A stretch of 57,061 nucleotides of DNA from Bigelowiella natans CCMP2755. Lineage: Eukaryota > Protista > Cercozoa. Each line of letters begins with the position of its first letter. The stretch's first letter is position 1. Positions 41,955 to 57,061 of the stretch are shown piece after piece. The notes under the pieces are model-generated. The model did not search any database, was not told the DNA's origin, and worked only from the letters and a program-made list of their open reading frames with translations. Position numbers and translations under genes: made by a program. The DNA lies in contig ADNK01002694.1 of NCBI GenBank assembly GCA_000320545.1, forward strand, positions 1 to 57,061, read 5' to 3'.

Positions 41955-42413
41955 CCGGGGAAACATTAGGCGGTGCATAAAGGCGTGGACGCATAACATT
42001 TCTCCATCAGACGCTTCAATGACAGCAAGATCATTTCGGTTCACACCACCGAAGATGACGACATCGTGACTCTGCCGATTCTTTCTGCGGTGTGCCAAAC
42101 TGCGACTGTGCAGAGATGCTGGACATTGTAGCGGGGACAATGCTGGTGATGATCGTGAGGAGGGCGAGGAGAAGCTGCAACTTCATTCATTTTGTCATGA
42201 GCAGGATTTCCTGATTTCTCAAGTCGCAGCGCGAAAATCCAGGGCCGTTTACCACAGTACTCTTTCTCCCGAGGAATTTTAAATAATTTGTCGGCAAGTT
42301 TTGAATTTTCCCCCAAGAGGATTTGAAAGAACAGAGAGGGGGGGACACGGCGGTTGAGGTCAACGAGCTCACACCTTTGCTCATAGTGCATCAGAGCACG
42401 CTATTGGCAGCAA

Positions 42414-43477
42414 ATGGGGGCCGTTCTAATCGGAAGGATCAAACCGCTCGAAGCGTTATGTCTCCTCGCCGTAGCCCTGGCAAGCATCCAAGGTACATGC
42501 GCCCCAAATGATGAGCACAAAAAGAGATAGAATGTAAAATCAGTACTGCATTCTACAGGTGTATCGTCGAGAAGTGGAGCTGTTAAAGCGAACCGTAGTA
42601 TGACGGGTGAAGTATCAGGTGAGGAATCAGCAACGATAAAGCTAACGAAGAGCAAAATTGATAGAGGCGTATCTTCAAGCATGCATGATGATATTTCTGT
42701 ACCCAAAACAGAGAATTCCGACTCCAGATCTTTTGCTATAGAGGCCACCGAACAGAAAAACGTTACCTGGGGTCTCAGGAAGTCGGACGGGTATTATCGT
42801 GCGAGTGTGTCCAGAGATTTTATAAGTTTTTCTCTGAAAAAGTGTTCGAGTATTGTAAAACATTTGTTCATGGATTGATCATATTGAAATATCTCAAAAA
42901 TCGAAGTGAGGGGACCCTTAAATAATTAAGCATATTGATTTCATATATCCTAACACTGTAACGACAATGATATATAACTAACAGGTCGGTCACCGAGGTA
43001 AATGGATCCTTCTTAGAGATGTCCTCTGGAGTGGGGGAAGAATTAAAGTAAATCTTTTGCATATATTTTAATTAATTCTTCATGCTTGAGAGCATGACTA
43101 GAAAGACACAACGATGCACCATCATGGTCATATGATGATTGCTAGTTGGAATGACTCGCTTCAGCTCTCCGCTAAGTAACTCAATCCCAAATATTGCTTT
43201 CGGATCGTAATTGATCATAATCGATCATAATCGATATGAACGGGGACATGTCACCATAGAATGTGTGATGTGTGGCCACTTCACAAAATTTCCATAGAGA
43301 AATTAGCAATCGAAGCGTCTTGAGTACCATCGCTACCACACACCACAAACCGATTTTTTTTCCTCTCTTGACCTCGCTCAGGGAATGCAAGACTTGTGTT
43401 TTCGTCTTGGAAAGGATTAAGAAGGTATAATTCTATAAATATACATACAAGATAGTATAATTCTAATGTGTATACTA

Positions 43478-43553
<76 letters not shown>

Positions 43554-43807
43554 TAACAACAAACTGTATTTATGCTGCTCTAGTTATAAGGGGATGATAA
43601 CGATAGCGATGCTGCTGCGCTGCTGATGGTCGTTTTATGGATTTGTCTCACTCACATTTTGCTTGTACCATGAAAGGGCACCAATATGATTCTCCCTGCG
43701 ATATGCTCCGAGATCTATGAAAAGTACCCTAAAGACTACGGAACGGTCAACCATACAACACTCATACACAACTGTTTGTATGGTAAAGAGCAAACTAAAT
43801 TGCATAT

Positions 43808-43888
<81 letters not shown>

Positions 43889-44212
43889 CTTATATTTGTA
43901 CATATATCTCTGTGTGTGTGCGTATGCTCCAAAACACATTGGTTCTGATGACTACTACTTCACAGTGTCATCAAGTCCTGAACGCACTGACAGTCAATGG
44001 AGGAAACATACGGTAAATGCACCGCAATGTAACCTAAATGGCCGTGGCTGTCTCTATATGAATGCATCGAATCTAAAAACGTGCATGACTTTCATCTCTG
44101 ACCCGCTTCCCCATGATTAGGTACTGGTTGTTCGAAGGCTGTTATAAATACGAGATATATCAAGCAAAGGAATGGGTTAGTGTCAATTCCCGAATAAAAA
44201 TAGCTCATATAC

Positions 44213-44273
<61 letters not shown>

Positions 44274-44670
44274 CCCGCCCCCCTCCCTTTCTCTCTCTCT
44301 CCCTCTCTCTGTGTGTATCGCATACGTGCGGAGAAGCTCCTCACAATAGATGACAATAGATTCCTATCAATGTCCAAGATATCTTTAAGTCAGCGTGCAC
44401 ACTCCCCACTATGCAGCAGTCTCCTCATCCTCGTCCTCACCATCACTCTTAATCTACCACCAGATAAAGCCGTGCCCGTCTCATGTGATGTGTTCGGCCC
44501 TCAAAATGCTGGACGATAAGGAGTTCTGTAAGCCGGTATGGAACGCAACAATCAGCAACAAAACACCTGCCTGCTTCACAATTTCGAAGAAGAAAAGAAC
44601 AACGGGGGAAGTTCCTCGTGAGATTTGTCCGTGCAGCAGGACAAAATTTGATAATGAGTTTTTAGGCTGC
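42414..44670 (+). CDS. Secreted cysteine-rich, saposin-like protein, multi-exon
   Basis: Signal peptide MGAVLIGRIKPLEALCLLAVALASIQG. Spliced core ECKTCVFVLERIKK-GTNMILPAICSEIYEKYPKDYGT-CHQVLNALTVNGGNIR-YWLFEGCYKYEIYQAKEW-IKPCPSHVMCSAL has helical CxxC...C...C...C spacing reminiscent of saposin B. 3' end not resolved. Confidence 0.65.
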
Positions 44671-44899
44671 AGACGTGTAAGGAAATTTTCCTTCTTGTTC
44701 TTGGCCGAAACCCCAACCTTGATTCTATGTTGAGAGAAGGGACTGTTGATATTATTGATATCATGGAATACTACGGGAATTTTAATGAAATGTTTCACAC
44801 ATTCGCCTTACCCAGTTCGTTACTTGGTGCCTCCATTTTTGAAAAATATTTCTTTTTTGCAGATGAAGATGGAAGATCCATTCAAGTAAACCTAGGGCG

Positions 44900-45800
44900 A
44901 TGTAGAACGGTGGTAGAACACGGAGGGCATGCTGCGTGCACACGCACGTCCATGCAAAGTTGCGTTCACATGCCCTGATTCATCCACAAATGCACACATG
45001 TGCATGTGCTGCGATATCTTCCTGAATGCGTGTGTGTATATGTGCATGATTGCCAGCTTCTGTCTAGATGCATCGCAGGCAAGCAGCAAGCGCTGCGATG
45101 CAGTCATTTTCGTCGCCGCAGTTCGCATGCACGTCTAGACGCATGGGGTGTCGCAGCGCGCGTCTAGGTGTGTTGAACAATGCAAGCATTGCGTGAAGAC
45201 GAGAAGGAAATTAGAGAGGAAATGCAGGTGATGAATCCATGGTGCACAGCGAATCGCTGCACGCATCCGAAAGTTTGCATCTGGACAATGATAGACATGC
45301 AATACAATACACATATATATAATATATATAGTGTATTGCTGTGTCTATTATGACACAAGTGCATTGTGTCATGTCAGCACACTTGCTGTGTTTTGCGTGC
45401 ACACACGCATTGCCACTCCTGGACTCATTGACAAACGTGATCGAAACGGGAAGATGTGATGCTCAAAAAATGTTTTGGAGAACGGTGACACTATGCCTGC
45501 ACACTTGCATTGTTGGGAATTCCTCTCCGCTCTGCTGTTGCACTTCAACATGCCCGACAAACTAGCTGGGCCTTCTTGTGTCCCTCGGATTGTGGATCTG
45601 ATGAATGGGTTTGAACCAGCATGACAATGTGTAGAAGAACTAGGAGAATTCTCGAGAATATGCTTGTCGTCTTCACTGATCGACCTGGGTTTGTTCCACC
45701 GTGATGATTTGCTTGAATTCGGGCTAAATAATCCACATGTCTTATGTCGTCCTTGTTGATCGGCCTGTTTTTTGTCCAGTTTCGACAGCTGAAATGCCCC
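44900..45800. other. TpA-depleted intergenic island with a central TA-rich patch
   Basis: TGCA/CATG/CACA-rich, TA-poor blocks on both sides of TA-rich 45301-45350. Confidence 0.75.
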
Positions 45801-45896
45801 CTTCGGCTGCCTCAAAACTCAACGCCTCGTTTTTTTGTTAGCTCGGGTGGCTTCGGCTGAGGGTCCAAACTCAAACAGGGGAGGAGCGCAAGGACA

Positions 45897-47663
45897 ATGA
45901 CGTACAATCTCGAATGGGTGGTGAGCGATACTTTGAAGGCCACCATCGCCCTCGGGCAGCTTGGATTCTCGATCACACAGTTATACACTGGGGCTTCACA
46001 CAAAACTCTCGATGTTGTCCGGTACGGAAACATCGTGGCTTCTGTTTTCCTTCTTGCCACTATGCTGGTAATGCATCGTAGCTACGGTCCTTTTCAGAAC
46101 GCTATTCCTGGTCTGAATATTTGAATATGTGTGATGTCGCAGCTCGCTCACGAGCCAGTATTTATCAACTGGCAAGCTTACCTTATCTCGAATACTCTTT
46201 TCATGACGACGTGCCTGAACCTATTTTTGGTATGTCACTTTCTCAGCCTACAAAAATGATAGAGGAGAAAAAAATAATCTCGTGATTATCTTCAGCCCTT
46301 GCTGTTGTGCTGTTGTCGATGCAACAATGTTGTATTTACACACACGTGGACTCTATTTTGATATACATACAGAGTTTTATTGAATATTATGGTGGTAAAT
46401 AATATCAGCTCGAATTTCGTCCTAAATTTCATATATATTCCCATCTAATATATCTTTGTATATCTTGATTGTCTTATTTTCATATAGTTCCTTACGGTTA
46501 TCATCACCGACTCATTGTATACTGCTTCCAGGTGAAGTCTACATATTACAACTTCCCCAATTTTAAAATTTGAAGTTCAAGCATACTTAATTCAATTGAT
46601 TCGTACTTAAGCTTGCGTGATCTCATAGATTCAAAGAACATCGACTTCCTCACTTTTCCAAAGCTATACTAGCCGGTAATAGTTGAAAATATGTAACATT
46701 GTGCTTTCGAGCAGCATGCGTGTTGGACGTTGCGATGTATTTGATTGATCTGTGCTGTCCTTTTTTCTGTAGTGATCGTGGGAGCTGATCTTCTCATGGC
46801 TACTTCCACAATCGGTAACTTTCAGTTATGAATATTAAATCATAACATAGCCACTGCCATATTCTCCTCATCGTTCTTGGTCTCTCTTAGTCGCGCTAGC
46901 AAATGATAGCCTCGCCTTCAGTGCGCTACGCATACTTTCCATCTCGATTGGGAGTCTCTTCGCCGGCGTTCTTTACTTGTATTCTCTGTTGAAGCTGAAG
47001 GCACTTCTAGAGGGGTCGCGAGCGGCCTTGAACCTCGATGCTACCACTAGCCATCGTCGGGGAGGGAAGAATACGAACACAAATGACGACGAAGATGATG
47101 GCCATGCCCACACGATGAAATTAGGCAACAACTATGAATATGCAAGGAGCGAGTCCCCTGTCTATTCTACCGATACTACCCAAGGAGGTTTCGCTTCTGC
47201 AGGGGTCTTGAACGTCATGAATCACCAGACGAATGCCAACTTCTCGAGCTGCAATGTCGCAAACGGGGGTGGCGGTGAGACGAAGGAGCCTGAGACAAAA
47301 TGTCGAATCAGTCCCTCGGTCTGTCAGCCGCAGAGCCATAATCACAAACATCATCAACAGGCGCAGAAAGAGGTCGCCGAACTGCATTTACCAACTGTTG
47401 GTCAACAGCTAGACCGAGAAAGCCGCTTTCTTGCTCGACTAAGAAGCATCATTAGGATAGGGGTTCTGGTGATCTTTATTGCCTTTGCCCTTCCTTTATG
47501 GCATTCAGTGACGCAATTCATGAGTTCAATGGAATTGTCTTATTCAGAGAGACTTCAGGAGGAAAACGACAACTACAGCGTACTGGAGGATGCAACGTTA
47601 TACTTTTTCTTGGTCTGCCTTGGGTATTTGCAATTCTATCTTTGGTCTGGCTCGAAGAAATGA
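45897..47663 (+). CDS. Seven-transmembrane (GPCR-like topology) protein, ~6 exons
   Basis: In-frame exons ~45897-46067, 46143-46229, 46489-46532, 46629-46675, 46773-46814 and 46891-47663 give five hydrophobic helices, a long polar loop, then two more helices (IGVLVIFIAFALPLW; LYFFLVCLGYLQFYLW). Confidence 0.72.
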
Positions 47664-48936
47664 ATGAACATAAACACTCTAGCAAGGCTATTGCATAATA
47701 AATCCTTGCTCATTTACAAATATTTTGCTGACGTTATTACTTGTTATGCAGCGCAGGCTAGCAGGCACATCTACACATCTAGCACTTGCTAGCTCATAGC
47801 GTACGCATGCATGCACGTGCAGCAACGTGATGCGTGGACAAACAATGACGAGCATCGCCTTGCAATGCACTAGTGCACGCCAGATCTTGATGTTCGAAGA
47901 TTATAATTCTTCAACGCAATGTACGTACATGCTTCTAACGCAGATCTACATCTACTTTAGTAGTTTATGCAACGAATGTCATCTTTTCTTGTTATGATTG
48001 TCATGCAACCTGATATATCATCGTGCAGCGCATGCTCTGGTTAGACAGGCGCATTTTATTCACATCTAGACATCATACGAGCTCGGTTGTTTATGTGTCT
48101 TTGGTAAAATATTGAACTCGGCGTATTAGCGAAGAATTGTTAATTTACTAACGCTATTGATGGCCAATTCTGGTGGAATGTGTGTAAAAGCAAGCTCCAC
48201 CGATGACAGTCATCTCCGCCTGTTAAGACTCAACATCAGCTAAAACGCATAATCGTTGGGATTCAGCACGAGCGTGTATTAAATTATGAGAAGACCTTCA
48301 TAGTACAGGAATGACTCAACTCTACCGCTCTGCTGTGATGATTATTTCGAGGTTTGATGCCGAGAAGTTCGGGTAAACTTTAGTGTGGCCGCTGATCGTA
48401 GGTGCAACACATTACAATCCGTTCGCAAACGCGAGAAAAGGAACGAGCGGCACAATGCACTCTCCTTGGCTAGCTTGTTCATCCATTGCCTCCCTGTGTA
48501 GCCGGAGCTTCGAGTGCTCTCATAAATATGTAGTCTTATTTTCAAACCATGTATATCGTACATAAACCTCAGATATTCTCCATGACAATGCCAATATCAC
48601 TTGGGGTCTTCCAAATATGAGCGATCTACGATGGTAGTTTCTTCGAAAGAAAACGGCCCAAAACCACCAATAGAGAATTTGGGTGCAGGTGGACCGCGAC
48701 AAGAAGAAAGTCGGGGTTTTCTGGTTTTTTCCATGTCGCACACCGATTTTCTGAGGGCATCGGGCTGGTGCAGTCGTTTCGAGAAAAGTCGCGAAAATAA
48801 GTTCTGAAAAAATAAAATTATTTTCTTTAAAAGTGCGGCTATTGATTAGATTCAAATTTGAAATCAGCCTCACTGAATCAACCCATCCCACCAGCCCGCC
48901 CCCCTCACCCATTCTCACTTCCTCTATCCAAATACA

Positions 48937-53405
<4,469 letters not shown>

Positions 53406-54667
53406 GGTGACTGATGAGGAGCTCGACCCTAAGACTCCACTTCCAACCGCCTTCTGATGAGTGGAAACAAGTTTCCAGCTGGCACGTGTACGCACGATGA
53501 CGTTGGCGGGGAATAAGTCCCTGAAATAGACACGGAAGAAGCCCAGAATACACTGCACGTCATGTCATCTCCATTTTTTTGTAAAATGCGTAGTACGGCC
53601 GGCCTTTTCTATAAGTGAATGATGCATTTTTTAAAGAAATTAGTAAAGCGGAAATCGATGCACCGATTATTGTCGTGCCTGCCATGTGATGTTATTATTA
53701 GCTGGCTGAATGCACTCGCCGACTTTCGAACGCCAACAATGACATGACTAAGTCTCCAGATAGCAGACCCCACGTACACAGCAGCTAACTAGCCCGCATG
53801 CATCTGTTGATGTAGGCAGAGCATGCATTCTACGTGCAGCTAGAGCATAGCGTCGCATATGCTATGTGCATTTAATAACATGTTTAACAAATAACTGTAG
53901 AAACGATGTACACATCTTGTCTATTGCAATATGTAGCATTGTTCGCATGTGGTCGTCGATCACTATTGTGTTGTGGATCACATTGATTATAGCGTATACG
54001 TACACGCACGTAGCGCGTTGTGCGCAGATTTTGGTGCCTATGGTGTTTGTCTATGTGTACATTCACAAGCTAGCAAGTTAGATACCAAGCCATCGATCCA
54101 CGCCATACGTCCGTACATATGTGCGCATCATCTACTGCGTGACGTAGGATATTGCAACCGTATACGCGCGTAATAAAGCTACACCACATGTCATGTAGTT
54201 GTAGATGTGAACGACATGCACGCGCTCATTTTGTTAGCACCTGGCTTTGCGCTTGTGCTCCGCAATGTGTAAATGACATGCTAGCAGCATAGCACAGTAG
54301 TTTGCGTATAGATGCACAGGCTGCGACGCACGAATTTGTTAATTATTGTTATTAGATGCGCACAGCCCGTGTACATAACCTTTGTCAACAAAGATACGTA
54401 CGTAGCAGTCAGCATGTAGCACAAGGCTCGTGCTTATTATTTAAGCTGTGGCTATAATGCTATATGGCTAGAGACTATAAGTCTCTATTGTATATGATAG
54501 ACGAGCGTCATGAGATCGTCTGCTGATGTCAAAAATACGTGTGCACATTTCTTACATGCTATATGTACGCACATAGCGCTCTGTCTCTTACACTACATTA
54601 CTGCAGCACCACGTATTATGCTGCATGTGCATATTAAACATGGTAAATTATAATGACTTGTCATCGT

Positions 54668-55611
54668 TCAATTTTGCTTCTTGTTCCCTTTCATTTTCTG
54701 CTCCTCCTCTCCGACACCAGCCGAGGCGTAATCTAAGCTCCTAGCAAACCTTTCAACAGCCCTCTCAGCGCAAAACACTCTCGTCGTTGGTCCGAGCGCG
54801 CTAACGCTCTCTCTATATCGGCGGTACTCCTCCCCAAAGGACGCGAGCATAGTCACCTCCTCGTGTGGAATACGGAGAATGACGTAAGCGGCCAAGAAGA
54901 AGAATAACAACGCCCATGCTATGTTTAAGGTTCCCATCAGTATTCCAACTGCAGCCCAGAGGGTGACGATGTACATCGGATGCCGTGCGTGTGCGAAGAT
55001 CCCTGAAGTGACCAGCTTGTGCTCGTCCTTGCGCTCAGCAACAGGCGACCATGCGGATCCCATGTCTATGTGCACGCGAACGAATCCTAGAGCAGCGAAC
55101 AGCTGCGAGATAGAAAAAGCACACATGCAGAAAACTGTCAGTTCACTGTGACCTACCACAGCTTAGCTGGGACTTATTTCCATCGAATCTATAACTTGTA
55201 GTCGCCGTGCAAAACGACCTAGACATTGTTTACGGCGCATTTAATAATACCGACCGTAATCATCGCTCCCGCATACTGCACTGGGGCGCACTGAAACGGG
55301 TGCAACCATCGGATCGAGGAGGTGCGAAGGACTATACACGGCCAAAAGACAGCATTTGCAATCACCGCGACTACGAGCAATTTGACCCTATTTCGCCTGC
55401 CAGTCGCCTGATGACTCTTATGAACCTTGTGCGTTCCAGCGATTCTCTGATAGACTAAGTGGACACCAGTAGCTGCGCAGATAACTACCATATATATCAG
55501 TGACGCGGTTTGAGCGAACGATTCCGCCGGTGTGCAATCGTAGCTGCCGAGGAGAGCACACGAGGACCAATCCTGCAGCAGCTGGAAGCTGGTTGCGATC
55601 GAGACGCTCAT
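54668..55611 (-). CDS. Isoprenylcysteine carboxyl methyltransferase / PEMT-family membrane methyltransferase, 2 exons
   Basis: Exons 55611-55234 and 55102-54668. Motifs MGSAWSP, HKLVTSGIFAHARHPMY and RIPHEEVTMLASFGEEYRRYRESV. Confidence 0.9.
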
Positions 55612-56060
55612 CTCAATCCAATGGTGCTCTGTTTTTTTGCTGCTGAAAAGCTCGGCAGCTACATGAAGAAAATCAAGAAAATGGACTGGATTTACCCAAT
55701 ATATTGCGTATATTTGCAACAAATTTCGGATGAAGCAGGCAGCTTCTTACTCTGTCTAATTTTCTAGGATGTTTTATCGATACTATGTTGAAAATGATGT
55801 CGGTCGTCATCGGCATCGAAAATTCGTCCATCATAAAACGAAAAAGTAACCAGCTTTCAGATGTTTCAAGCATAAAAAAAGATAAGGAAAAAGCCCAAGG
55901 AATGATGTGGGGACGAACCGGTTTTGTAAATTATTTCAAACGAAAACACAGGTGGATTTTTTTCGATTACAGGTAAAATTCTAGTCGCACGATGAAAATC
56001 ATCGCGGTTCTCCTACATGTGATATTCCCCGAAATCTTACTAATTTTCACATCTTCTGAT

Positions 56061-56880
56061 CTACCCGTCGTTCATCCCGACCCCGACCTCGCCGTTTGCA
56101 CCGCTGCCGTCAACCGTCGTGGTGGAGGTGGAGATGGGGAGGCGGCCAGTGCCACGGCGGAGGATCGATTCCTCGTTTTCTGCAACGGGCAGTAAAGGTT
56201 CTAGAGCACCTTGTTTGTACCGAGAAGTCGGCATATGAGCAGGAAAATACACGGCCTCTTCTTCATTGGCACGTGTATAGCGGTCAATATGTAGTATGCT
56301 CGTAATGACGCTATTTGAAAAACGCTACCTTCCTCATTACTATGCCAGCCATTCGATTGAAGTGTATGTGATCCTGCCCCCCCCCCCCCCCTTCCCGCGC
56401 CATTAGGTGAATGGGAAGGCATCAGGCGGCAGAATTTTACCACGTTCGGCATGTTGAGCATGGTGGTTATCGTCCTCGTTATTGCTTGTGAGACGCCGAA
56501 AATAAAGTCTCGCACTTCTCTAAGCGGTCACTACAATGTCCACAATGGTGTCGCACCGCTGCTCGAAGACAGAACGTGGATGCGAAAAAGTCAAAGAGAG
56601 AGGCGCGAACAATTATTGGCGGCCCGGCATCTAAGCCATCATTGCGACGATATCGTGACGGCACACGCAATAGTTACCGTTGTACACATTTTATTGCACA
56701 CGCCAGTGGTGATGAATGAGGAGCTTATTGGGTTTTACTCCGTTTGGATATCACGATACTATTTCCTGTTTTCCACGATGAAGTATATCGTCGCGCAAAT
56801 AAAGCAAGACGAGAATAAATTATTCCACAGAATCAACGCGAAAAACAAAGAGCTTTCCTCGGATACTTTCGGGTTATAAC
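56061..56880 (-). CDS. Possible 3' exons of a gene entering from the right edge
   Basis: Splice-like boundaries and an open terminal segment (PLLPVAENEESILRR...GMNDG*); no motif recognised. Confidence 0.25.
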
Positions 56881-56931
56881 AGACGAATAACATCTTATTA
56901 GTCATCGTAGCGCACGTCTACAAAACACACA

Positions 56932-56983
<52 letters not shown>

Positions 56984-57061
56984 AAAGTATAATTTAAATG
57001 GCACTATCTTTTCTCGAAATTCTGACCTAACATTGAACGTGCTATTAGAGTCCATAACTAC

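Noticed and set aside
37445-41970. 9-bp target-site duplication of the MULE
   Set aside because: Flanks (CATCAAACG versus CGGGGAAAC) show no direct repeat at the boundaries tried.

Overview
Gene-dense, intron-rich eukaryotic nuclear DNA with short GT-AG introns full of microsatellites. Signal-peptide plus transit-like leaders on a plastid-type protein suggest an alga with a complex plastid, most plausibly a chlorarachniophyte (inference). Recognisable genes: a tandem PAP/fibrillin protein, an intronless secreted alpha/beta (epoxide-type) hydrolase, an S-formylglutathione hydrolase-class III ADH fusion with an N-terminal leader, DCAF13/Sof1, a divergent importin-beta, a saposin-like protein, a 7TM protein and an ICMT/PEMT-family methyltransferase. 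A TIR-bounded MULE transposon carries a heat-shock-element minisatellite and an AT-rich VTC fragment. The most unusual signal is non-genic: DNA downstream of gene 3' ends shows two overlapping marks. (1) At least 34 hand-counted NNNN-CTAG-NNNN scars, i.e. an invariant CTAG flanked by a variable 4-bp duplication with palindromic MNNK bias; two of them frameshift an ankyrin pseudogene whose frame is restored by deleting 8 bp. (2) Near-complete TpA loss by TA->TG/CA change that spares CTAG, visible directly between the two MULE TIRs. Exon coordinates and counts were derived by eye and may be off by a few bases.
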